From NCBI GenBank assembly GCA_030141605.1, contig JAQGDQ010000053.1, forward strand, positions 372,001 through 436,000: a DNA stretch of 64,000 nucleotides, read 5' to 3'. The notes beneath the pieces are model-generated. The model was not told where the DNA came from. It did no database searches and saw only the letters and a program-made list of their open reading frames with translations. The first letter of the stretch is position 1. Each line of letters starts with the position of its first letter. Positions 52,955 to 64,000 of the stretch are shown piece by piece. Source of the DNA: Tubiluchus corallicola. Lineage: Eukaryota; Animalia; Priapulida. A program made the position numbers and the translations under genes.

Positions 52955-54006
52955 GAATACAGGTTAGCAAAAGTATTTTTTTAAAAACCGCTTTTACTTT
53001 TTATTTCCGATGCTAAAGGATTGTGTTAAAACAAAATTATTAATAGGTTTCCAGTTCAGACCAAGTAGTGGAACGGTTTAAAGGCATGCTGTGTCACAGT
53101 CAAAGAAAATAATTTTACAGTATGTCAAAACAAAGCAAATCATTTTAACCAAAAGCAAAAAACAGTGCATTTTTTAACAGCACTCATTAAGAAAAATATA
53201 AAACTAAAATTCAATTGATCAAGAAAATACTGAATTTTCACCAACAGGGCATCAGAGTGTAAGACACATCCAACTAATAAATAGCTATTTCCTACTAGAA
53301 AAATGATTCACAATGAACATTATTAACATCTGCAAGCTCCTAAAAGCATTACTCTGGATAACAGATTTAGTGGAAAATGTACACAAACATTTTTTGCATA
53401 GGTTAAATGACAGGTGATTTTTACTGCGACTAACGTATTTAACTTTTCAGGTGGCTACAGTATTGGTTTCATCAGAACAAATAAGATGATAAAAAATAAA
53501 TGCCACAATTTCGACAATTTACAATGGTCATTATTACTTACATGATAATTAAAGGAAAGCAGAATGATTTTTTAGGCCACATTTCATTTTAACCTACAGC
53601 CTGAAATCACATGTAAAACTGAAGTTTGGGCTCCAAGGTAATTAATTCTTTAATACAAATCATTCTTTTTAGGCAGTAGATCATTTTGAACCATAGTCTA
53701 AAATTAGGTGTTGTTTTCCTCATTAAAAACAAATCACTAGTTCTAAAGACAAGATTAGAAATTAACTTCACGGATCACACAAACTGTTAAGCGTTATCAC
53801 ATTCAACTTGATACTTTAAATAAAATATTTAAGAAAATTTATTGATTAATTTGTCGGCCAATACAGTCTTTAAAATGTTCACATTGTAAGTAATTTAGAT
53901 TTCTTAGCAACAAGAATAGGAACATCTACTTCATTAATGATTATCCTAAAAGTTTACAAAGAAAAAAACACTGAGTGAGAGGCTTTATGAATTTACCCGT
54001 GGCAGT

Positions 54007-57000
54007 TTACTTGTTCTTTCCAGCAATCTTTTCTTTCAATTTGTCATAGTTAGCCCCAACCATTTCATCAACCTGAAAGAATATTCAGCATTGAATTTTC
54101 ACAGTGCGTCACACTGTTTCACACATGTTAATAAGGCTAGTGTCATGTCCATTTGATTGCTGTACTATAGTAGTTAATTGTTAGGTGTCAATCACTTAGC
54201 ATGTGCAAATCATAATTAATTATGCATGGTAATATTTCTTCAAGTATGTCATAAAAGTTCAATCACTTATGCATGGTTGTATTTCTTCAACATCGCCATT
54301 AACCAGTGGCTTGCCAATTAAATAACGTACCACCATCTACAAGATGACAGCAGCTATGTTGAAAGGCTTTTGCTACAATATATCATGTAGAAATTGTTCA
54401 ATTTTGTTCATTTGTGTATAAAGACAATTTTTATTAGTTAACTCAACTAACGTTAAAATTTTCCATTTCCACATTCAATTTTCGATTTAAACATTACATT
54501 GTACCTAGCATATCACTAGTAATGCCACTTGTCTGTTTTACATTATGGTTAATGATTGTGACTTAAAAATTGGTGTAGTTAATTATTACATTTGAACTTC
54601 AAAACACTAAATGCTACATGCTACTTCTAGTTTCAAAAGTTCACCTTCTTCGAGTTTCGGAAAAATATAAACGTTGGCATAGCTTTCACACCATATGCCA
54701 TAGCCAGTTCCTGAAAATCAGAAAACACTTTAGTTTGGCTTGTGATAAACTGGACTTATAAAAGCCAGCCATTATTTAACTTATTTAAATTTAATCAAGT
54801 CTCCAGGGATAAGCCATAGAGACTTAGAATTTCTAGCATTTCTATCAATCTACGAATGTAGCACAAAATGCCACACAACACATTATAGTCCCATCATACA
54901 GCAAACTACTGTGTGCGAGTGTGTGTGTGTGTGCGTGTGTGTGTGTATGTGTGCGTGTGCATGTGAACCATTTAGGGCATAATATCCTAGACTTACAGGC
55001 TTGACAGCTAACAGTTATTCCCTATGAAGATGACAAGAATAATTGGTTATTAACTCATGTTCTCTGTGCACACGTGAAACCATACTAGTCAACTTAGTGG
55101 GATTTTTTAGTTGTGATGTCATATATTTATAAGCGTGTTTTCTGTTGATGGTCACATTTGGTCATATTTTAAAGGTGACTTCAAAGTCCAGGACTCCAGA
55201 TCTGTTCAGATAAAGTTTAACTAGCAAACAGCATAGGTACACAAACATGTCAGTTGTATACTGGTCACCGTGGGTTATTAGACCAGGAAATGTCTTAGGC
55301 CACAACTGCTTCTAATATGATTCTCCTACAAAGCACTTGACGGCAATATTTAAAACAACAAAACACTGATGTCTTGCATACATTCACTGTCACAAAAGTG
55401 CATTTAAAATACAAAATAATAACCTTATACGTAATCGGGCCATAAATCTACATATTAAACAAACCTACGAGAGATTTATACACATTTTCTTCACCTTGAC
55501 ATGTTTGCAATATCGGAAATTAAGCTTGTTTACAAACTGGCTCACTACTGTAGGCAATAGAGAAAACTGTATGGGAATCACCGTAGAGGCAAACATCATT
55601 AGTTATGTTAGCAATTGTAAATCATAGTCGATAAAATCAATTAGTTCAGCATTTTGAAGAGCTGCATGAATAATAACAGCAAAGCACAGCTTCTGACTAT
55701 TAGTAGTTTAACTACACAAGGCTGAACAATATCTACAGAAATTAGTATTTTTCTGATCATACACTGCTTGATAAATTAACCAAAGACAGAAAAAAGCAAA
55801 AGATATCTTTGAAAAAAACACAAAATTAAATCTAGGTAGCACACAAAGCTTCTATATTTTACTAGATGGTTATAGGACTTTGTAGTCATGTCTTGTGAGT
55901 GTTACTAAAGCTTTGAGAAGTACCAAAGCATACCGTAATGTTCATGTTATATCAAATAATGTCGTTTACAGCATATATCTCCAAGTGTCCAAAGTGAGAG
56001 CATTGGTTTCAGATCAACTTGCAAACAAAATTCGAGTCTTTAAAGGAAAAGCCAAGACTCTCAAGAAGTTTAAGATTCGACAAAGGCTTCATATAATTAG
56101 TAAAATCAATTTAAAGTCGCGATTTTTCTAAGTTTGGCTCACTCATTTTGAATAAAAAATGATGTTATCTGGTTACAATATATTTAAGTACTTATCCGCC
56201 TAGGTGCTTAGGAGTTCGAGCACAGTAATTTGTAGCTGCAACTATCATTATCAACTACAAACAAACCAAAACATTAAACAAAAGATTATTAATACTATCT
56301 TTTCGTTCACTTTTGCATAAAACTCGTTACCCACTGTAAAATGAAAACCAGTTACCGATGACAATATAATAATTTCCAAATCGGCTAGTAAACCACGACA
56401 AAGTAACAAAATAAGTACTAAGTAACCTGCCCAGCACCTACTATGTACTAACAGCCTCGCAGAATTGCATGCTTATCTGTAATTAGTTTAGTATGTGTAT
56501 GTAAAATTTATGTATAACGTTTACGCATTTTTGCGGTATAATCCTGTGGATTAAAGCTAATGAGCACTTTGTAAAGTTATTGGTAACTGATCAGATGACT
56601 AGTTTTTACATAAGCACAAAGATTTAGTCGGGTAGAATAGTAAAAGTCCGAGTAATCTGTAGAAGTTTAGTGATGCATACTTTCGCGCTGTCCACCTGCG
56701 TAAGTCATTTTTCCGAATATGTCCGTACCACGGTTGATTTGGCGGAAGATAAGAATGATTTAAATTTCTTTTGCATTCTTAAGCTATTGAGTGATAAATT
56801 TCAATGTTTTTAAGTGAATACTAAAATACAATGAAGGTGTTCGAGGGTTGGTTTTACCTTGAAAGTCCAAACTGAAATACAGGTAAAATGAGACGAACCA
56901 AAAGAAAAGATCTAACCTATAAACATATCAGTTTTTCAAAACTTCTCTCTAACAGCTATATAAACTTTGTGCTCAGTTTGATTACTTGAGCATTACACGT

Positions 57001-60000
57001 CTTTGTACATACAGAAAACAGTGATCTGTATATGGTCAAAAATATAATGACACAGTCGTAAAAAAATCTGTTTTTAGTTTATAGGCAATTACATTTAGTA
57101 ATTCAGAACTGTAATAAAGATTCAGGCAAACTTACATCGGAATCATCCACATTAATCTTTAGGAAAACAACGTCTTTCATTTCCTCAGATAATGTCTGCA
57201 AAAAAGAGGCTTAATAAAAAAGATAAAAATGCAGCCACTAAAGGGAAGAAGTGACAGGGCAGCACAACATAACAACCTCAAATTCTAGTAACTTTTTTAC
57301 ACTCATCATAAACTTGTTGCTTCATATGTAAGCGAACCTAATTAAAGTTTTGCTCAAATACCAAACTAAATTCAGTATTTCAGTTCTAACTACATATCCA
57401 GTTATACCAAATGATAAGACAAACTGTCTAAGTAAAGTTAAGAGCATCAAATGTTATGTATGTCAATATACCGCAATTTTTGGAGCAATCTGTTTGCATG
57501 GTCCACACCAATCGGCAAAGAAATCCACAACAACAAGTTTTGATCCAGCTGCAGTAAGTGCCTGCTCAAGTTCTTGCTACAAAACATAAAAATGTCCATA
57601 CAGATTCCCAAGTCTTGCAACAACTCAATATCTATATGCTGCAAGGTTAGTGGTACAGCAGTGATTTTAAATTTTGTGCAGCATGTTCTCTGTAATTACA
57701 TGTATTATAGTTAGATGTGTTATTTATACTGTTTAGATTTCTACCTAGTAAAAGTTCAATACACTTCTCTAATAACCCAAACAAAGTCGGTTTGATTGGT
57801 ATTGCTTAGTAGCTTAATATAGGAAGGAAAAATTAGTAGGACAGTGATATTAGTATGTTAAGCCTTGAGCATCTGAATAAAGCCAGGAACTGTTTTGGAA
57901 AGAATTAGATGATCAGGAATAAAGGTTGTAAAATTTGTGTAAGCAAGTATACAAATCTTTTATCTGCACAGCAATATAAGATGAACTTTTTCTAAAAGAA
58001 AAGGCTAGTGTCTTTTCAATATTCAATTCTGTAACTACTGCCTGTATTGTTTGCAAAATCTTTTTTCTTCTCTTTTCTTCAGTTTCTGACCACGTCAGAA
58101 ACATTGTCAACTAGTTAACAGTAGCAAATGAATTAAGTGCTCAAGATGATAGACTAACAGCATGCGCATCGATTATGCTGCAGCACATTTACATGGAATA
58201 TTTACATTAGCTAATGTTTTTACTAAGAATTATGTTTATATACACATGAGATGCAAACCGTGCCTAACAAATCACAGAATGTAATGGACAAAAATAGCTC
58301 TTAAGCCTCAGACAAATTGCCCAATAATGAAAAACCACCAGAAAATTTTCCAGGTGCACCCTGCATTTTATTTAAGGGTGCTGTAACATTATAACTGTAC
58401 AATGTGCATTATGATCATTAAATCCAACGCAACACTACAAAACAATGTTGTTATGGTAAAATTAAAATAACTTGTTTTGGCTCAGATTTGACTTAAGCTA
58501 GACTCTCATGTCAGTGACGCCAGACATGATTCATGTACTTATGATAAATGGCTTATGAGTTGATCTGAAATTGAAAGAAACAGATTCGCTTTGCCAGTGG
58601 CTTGGCTAGCTGCTCACCAGGCAATTTTCGTAAAGGCATTATTATTTATTTACAATTGCTAAAAGAAACAGCAATTATGGGTCTTATAACCAACCTAAGT
58701 AATTAATACCTATTTACTTCAATGCATTATGCCTAAAGTACTTTCCGCTGGAATTTTAATAATCCAAGGAGCACTGGCTTTTCTTGCAACTTTTGTGTAG
58801 AACGAGTGAAAATTGTTGATGCTATCTTGCGCTTTTTGGACATTCAACTTTTGCCTGACATTTTAGTGAATAAAAATTTGATCAACGTAGTGAAAGAAAA
58901 GTAATCAGTCCTGAAGCTTCACTTTGTATTTTAATTATTGCATAAATATTATAATGCAGTTCCATTGATTACTAATCTACAAATCCAAATTCAGAAATTT
59001 TCTATAAGGAATGTCAGTTGACTTACTTGAATATGGCCTACAATGTGCTATTTTTTTACCGGAGTTAAGGTAACTAAAGTGTTGTAGTAGAACAGACAAT
59101 GTCCCGTCATCTATTCCATACAAAATTGCAGTAAGCATTTGTGGCAGATATCGTCAAATGCCTTGCGAATGTTAAGCCATTAACCAGGCTTCACCTAGGC
59201 ACTATTACCAAAAAACACACCAGCAGTGAAGTGAAGGAAGCAAAAACAGTAAGTAGCAGGAAGGTCATTACTGCCCAAGAACTTAGTAAATGCTCATTAG
59301 GTATGGCGTCAGAAGCTTTTCTGATAACAGGCTAATAGTAGTAGGAAACAAAAAAGATATAGATCTGATGTCTTTTAGTTTCCTCACTATGTGCGTATAG
59401 CTGAACTTAGTTTACGTGAAAATGGAAAGCATAAGCAGCAAAGTTGGAGAGCCTGATAGCCACAGCAGGACAGTTCAGGCGTATCCATTTTTAACATAGC
59501 CAGTAAAATTCCATCATATACAGCCGCTTAAATGTAACGTTTCTATACAAGCAACTTTTCTATGTGTGAAACAATGATAACAGATTGAACAAAGATAATA
59601 GATTGAAGAACTAGTTGAAGATATCTCATCTTTGACATGAGCATTCTTACTAAAACTCTTGGCAAACATTTTAGTTTTGTCAAGAGACTATATAATAACC
59701 AAGGTGGTATTTTTTTCTGTTTAGGTGTTGTGTGAGAATTTAGACAATTATTACTTATTACTAAATTACTAATTATTCAAATAGGTTTAAGGTTTGTAGC
59801 ATACAGGTTTAGAATGATCACATAATTTTTATGCAATGCATTTTATCTAGGATGGCTAATACATTAGTGAAATTTACATCAAATACTTGGCAATTATTTG
59901 TTTTCCCGGGAACTGAAAGATGGAATTAGTAGATAACTAGCTCAAATGAACATTCCAAATTTCCTAGACTGTGCTTGACATGACACCTCATAGAATTCAG

Positions 60001-61886
60001 TTTGCATGTTGTTGCTATTTATTACTTGAAGACTTGAAATACACTTGAAGTATAACTAATGACCATTGACCAACCCACTATCATTTCTGTTTAAATTGTT
60101 TATGCATTTAGAATTCTCAAGAACTTGGCATGTGTCAAGAGTACCGTATGGGGAAATTTTCCCTTAAATGGGTTCATAAGATTCATGTAATATATGTCAA
60201 AATGTACACACATTATGCAAGTGAACTAAAACAAATAAACGGTACCATTGTGTTTCATTGGCCTGACTTTTTCATTTTGTTAATTTGCTAGCAAATCTGG
60301 CAGCATTTTAGAACACATTTCAATTGCAATAAACAGCTGAATATAGTTTATGCGTAACGTTAATTTACAAATCAACTGCACCAAACAAATTTATGCATAT
60401 AAACATTTAGAGCAGGGGTGTGCAAATTGCAGCCCGTCGAGAGATCTTGTGCGAAAGGTTTGTCAATGTAATGAAAGTGCGGCCCACACGATTCAGCTGA
60501 AGTCCGCGCCACTATCGCAAAGATAGTGCGGGTAGTTTTTTCCTCTAGATCGGATGGCATTAACCCTTACAAGACTATTGTCACTTAATGTCACTGTCGG
60601 ACATGACGAAATTTAACGTTGCTCACTTGGAACACAAAAAGCAATGTATTCGCAGAACACAGCAAACTATCAAGGAAGCCGCCATTCAAATGCTCAAACG
60701 TGCAAGAAATGCGAGAAGCAATCTGATTGGCTGGTAGGAAGACCAATGAGCCAATCTCTAGGCTTCTATTATCGGGCCTGTTGATCTGTCCAGTCGTCTT
60801 CCTAGTCATAGCAGGTAGATCATTTTGACTTGGGTATTTTACAAAAATAATTATAAATAAATAAATTATAACAAAATATAAAATACCCAAGTCAAAATGA
60901 TCTACCTACTACGACCAAGAAGACCAACTGGGCAGCAAGCTGAAAAAGTGTGGTCACCCCTAATATAGGGGGATTCCCAGATTTTAGTTTCAGCTTAGGC
61001 TCAGTAGTACATGCCTGGATCAGTGGCTGTTTTGTCGTTTCATCAGATGTAGTGTTCTTATAGATCAGAATCATGGATAAGAAAAAGAGGAAGATTGAAG
61101 AAGAACAGCAAGTCAAACCATTAATATGCACTGTACTACACAGACTGTGTGATACACATTACTAATATGCATTGTAATGAAATTACCACTATCTGCACTG
61201 CACTGCACTTAGCACCAGTAATTATGGCAATATTCTATGGCATCTAATGATTCTACACTTCATTTCATTTCACACTGTACATTACACCATTTGACAGTGA
61301 TAAAATAAACTATCATTTAAAAGAAGCTAGCGATACCAAGCTATTAATATGCAGTGAGTGGTGACTGGCAATAATGAATTTCTATCATAATTATATTACT
61401 GTGTTCTCCAACACACAGCATGTAACCAGAATCGTTTCATGTAATTTGTGTAACCAACTAAACCAAATTCAATAAGCATAATATTGGTGCATTGCAGTAA
61501 TAGTCCAAGCCTTCGTATCGACTTCAATAGAGCTGAATACAATTTTAATAAAGTGTATAACACTTCAAATTATAGAGAGAAGAATTCTACAATTAATACA
61601 AGCTCAAATTTTCAACCAATGATAAAAAAGTAAAATATCGTTAATTGCTGAGGCGTAATATTGGTGTATTGCAGTAATAGCCCAAGCCTTCGTATCGACT
61701 TCAATAGAGCTGAATACAATTTTAATAAAGTGTATAACACTTCAAATTATAGAGAGAAGAATTCTACAATTAATACAAGCTCAAATTTTCAAGCAATACT
61801 AAAAAAGTAAAAACTAAAATATCGTTAAGTGCTGCGGAAGGGGAGAAATTAACATGGCTTACCTCATCTTTAATCAACTGGACCAT
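54007..61886 (-). CDS. TXN: Cytosolic thioredoxin (Trx1-like), spliced
   Basis: Minus-strand exons 61886-61863, 57576-57472, 57195-57136, 54710-54645, 54072-54007 (TAA), all phase 0, 106 aa: [106 protein letters not shown]. It has the WCGPC active site and the cis-Pro motif MPTF. Confidence 0.96.
54910..54965. repeat. Imperfect (TG)n microsatellite
   Basis: Direct reading. Confidence 0.85.
56044..56859. mobile_element. Diverged Kolobok-like MITE in a TXN intron
   Basis: TTAA-AGGAAAAGCCAAGACTC at left and GAGGGTTGGTTTTACCT-TGAA at right (13/17 TIR match, one TSD mutated). Confidence 0.45.
60413..60962. mobile_element. hAT/Charlie-like MITE remnant containing a perfect internal inverted repeat
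   Basis: Termini CAGGGGTGTGCAAA / TGGTCACCCCTA. The target duplication is not clean. A 29-bp perfect inverted repeat lies inside (60813-60907). Confidence 0.5.
61479..61837. repeat. 177-bp tandem duplication in TXN intron 1
   Basis: TAATATTGGTG.ATTGCAGTAATAG.CCAAGCCTTCGTATCGACTTC... starts at 61479 and again at 61656 with few differences. Confidence 0.9.
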
Positions 61887-61989
61887 TTTGACAATATAAT
61901 GGTTCTAAGGTCAACTTGATCAGTTTAACTTTCTAACGGCGAATTTACTAAAAAATTGACTAACAAGACGTACAACACAGGTGTCAGTT

Positions 61990-62200
61990 CACGCTCTCAA
62001 CATAGGCCGGCTCTCGCCACCAGGCTTTCCGGAAAAATGGGAAAACTGAGTTCGGTTCAATTATATTTATTTCAACCGCCTACTGTTCTCAGGACTACTT
62101 CGCCGGTATGCTCTACAAGTCTCGTAGAATTAGTTGGCGCGCCCTCAGAGAGACCATGCGAGGCTCACGCGAGAAGTGACGCAGCCTGAGCATCAGGCAC
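61990..62200 (-). promoter_or_regulatory. Thioredoxin proximal promoter region with ARE-like motif
   Basis: A GC/CpG-enriched patch lies 100-310 bp upstream of the TXN ATG. It contains GTGACGCAGC at 62176-62185 (matches the ARE core RTGAYnnnGC) and a palindromic TTTCCGGAAA (ETS-like) near 62026-62035. Confidence 0.5.
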
Positions 62201-62674
62201 AATGTCTAAAGTCTCAAACAAAGATCTATATGAAAAGTAAATGAAGAACCTTGGACAAAAAAGTAAAAAGACGCCGTTTAAGATGGATTGGGCATATGCT
62301 TAGACTACTTGATGTGATACTCCAGTGAAGATAGCTCTTCAACAAGCCATAAAACGAGCTAAAAACTGCAGAAGGACAAATGTTAACAAAATAATTTAGA
62401 TTTTGCACAGAAATATTTAAACACTTCAGAATTTGCGCACAAATAGCAAAACAGTTAACAGTGCCAACATCTACGTTATCTGTAAATGTTCAACTCGGGC
62501 AAAAAAACATCAAAAAGGTCTTTTTACAGGTAACAGCATCCTACACATTCATTTAAATGAAATGGTATTACAGTATTCTTGTCGATGGTCTTTTATTTAT
62601 AAAATGCGTTCAAAATATTCAAGTAACTGCTATCATTATTTGTCTATTTGTTGTTGTAATATCAATGTGGGTAG

Positions 62675-63770
62675 TTTGATTTGATTTGATTATTTATTTC
62701 AAACATAAATTCATATTATAATTTACATATATACAAACAACATCATACAAACAAAAACCCAATACAAACAAATCACACACACAAACTTTGATATCCAAAA
62801 AATATTCTTTTTGACACATTGTGCTCAATTATTAAAATGTCTCCAGGTAGACATGCAATACAATGTATTACACTAAGCATTAAGTAGATATCAACAGAAC
62901 AATACATGAATTTTCTAATAAGTTGGTTTGTACGACAGTAGTATAAGGATCTTTGATTAACAATGTCAAGGTCATCTCGGTTATCATATGAAATAATATG
63001 TCCCAAATATTTTTCGTTATCACAGGTACGTAGAACATTATTATCTAGTTTGATGTTACCAAGCATAAAATTTCTCATGATGTTTGAATTAACAGACATA
63101 AGTTTAGTTTTAGCTATATTGATTTTTATGTCATACTGTTCAGCATAGAATTTATACACATCTAGTAGTTGCTGTAGGGCCGTAATCATTGTTGCTAACA
63201 AACAAACGTCGTTAGCATACATCAGGTGGTTCATAACCTTGTTCGAGACATTGCAACCAAGTTGGGTGGATGACAGCTTAACATTTAGATCTTTAAAATA
63301 AAAATTAAAAAGAAAAGGTGACATCTTGCCACCTTGGCGTACTCCATTTCCAATATTAAAAGTTGTAGACTGACTATGTCACCACCTGACAGACATACCT
63401 TGTTGCGTGTAATAAAATGTGAGCAAGCGGATTACAATATTCGGGATTGAAGTCCTTGTGAGTTTGAGAAAAAGCTTCAAAAAATTAACCCTATCAAATG
63501 CCTTTGACGTCGATAAAAACAATGTGAACAGAGATATCACGACTAATGTAGTAGTCAGTGATCTCCTTTAATGTGTTTATGCAAATTTTCGTGCCACGTT
63601 TTCTACATAACCAAACTGATTAGGAGTTGTTCGAATATACTGTTTGTATCTGTTAAGTAATAAAATTTCGAATATTTTGCTGGCAATAGAGGCTAGTGTA
63701 ATTGGCCTTTTTTGAAATTTAATAAAGTTCTTTATCATTATAGTTAATGATAATGGCACAATGACCAGAT
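62675..63770 (-). mobile_element. Second, diverged RTE-X-like LINE fragment
   Basis: RPITLASIASKIFE, TTPNQFGY, NGVRQGGKMSPFLFNFY, HLMYAND and KYLGH motifs. The 3' end resembles the 36140 copy and terminates in AATAAA plus a short (AATCA)n tail. Confidence 0.85.
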
Positions 63771-64000
63771 ATTAATCTTAATCATTTATAATATTTGTAG
63801 ACTATCTATTACCAGTTTGCCGTTTTTATGCAGGTGGCCTCAATTAGGAGTTACCGCTGCATTTTTTAATGTAGTTTCATGTGCTAATCCTGTCAGAAGT
63901 TAAACCATAACATTTGAATAAATTTATTGATATTTATTGATACATTATAAAGAGTATATTCATCAATTAAATGCAAATAATTGTTGTTACGGCTTTACTT

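Noticed and set aside
61073-61120. [14 protein letters not shown], resembling a hAT transposase N-terminus or an NLS-bearing exon
   Set aside because: Too short and low-complexity, with no continuing transposase sequence.

Overview
AT-rich, intron-rich animal (probably invertebrate) genomic DNA. The six-frame ORF track is almost entirely spurious because the real genes are spliced. Manual exon assembly gives four genes. (1) TTC39-family TPR protein on +: 15 coding exons at 1709-17092, 5' end unresolved, one GC-AG intron and a Cys-rich C-terminal extension. (2) Selenoprotein GPx4/PHGPx on -: 29528-22123, in-frame TGA(Sec) at 27555-27557 and a 3'UTR SECIS near 21995-22062. (3) RNA polymerase subunit POLR2E/RPB5 on +: 42333-51331, 210 aa, with a U12-type minor intron. 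(4) Thioredoxin on -: 61886-54007, WCGPC motif, ARE-like upstream motif. GPx4 and POLR2E lie head-to-head, the arrangement I recall for human 19p13.3. Introns and intergenic DNA carry decayed LINEs (RTE, RTE-X-like x2, CR1-like), Kolobok-like TTAA elements, pogo/Tigger, hAT and Harbinger-like MITEs, a foldback element, 5S-derived SINE-like relics, microsatellites and local tandem duplications. I found no clearly novel system. The best leads are the conserved GPX4-POLR2E pairing, the redox-gene clustering, the TTC39 tail and TE insertions at promoter or splice sites. Homology calls are from memory of the protein families, not from database searches.
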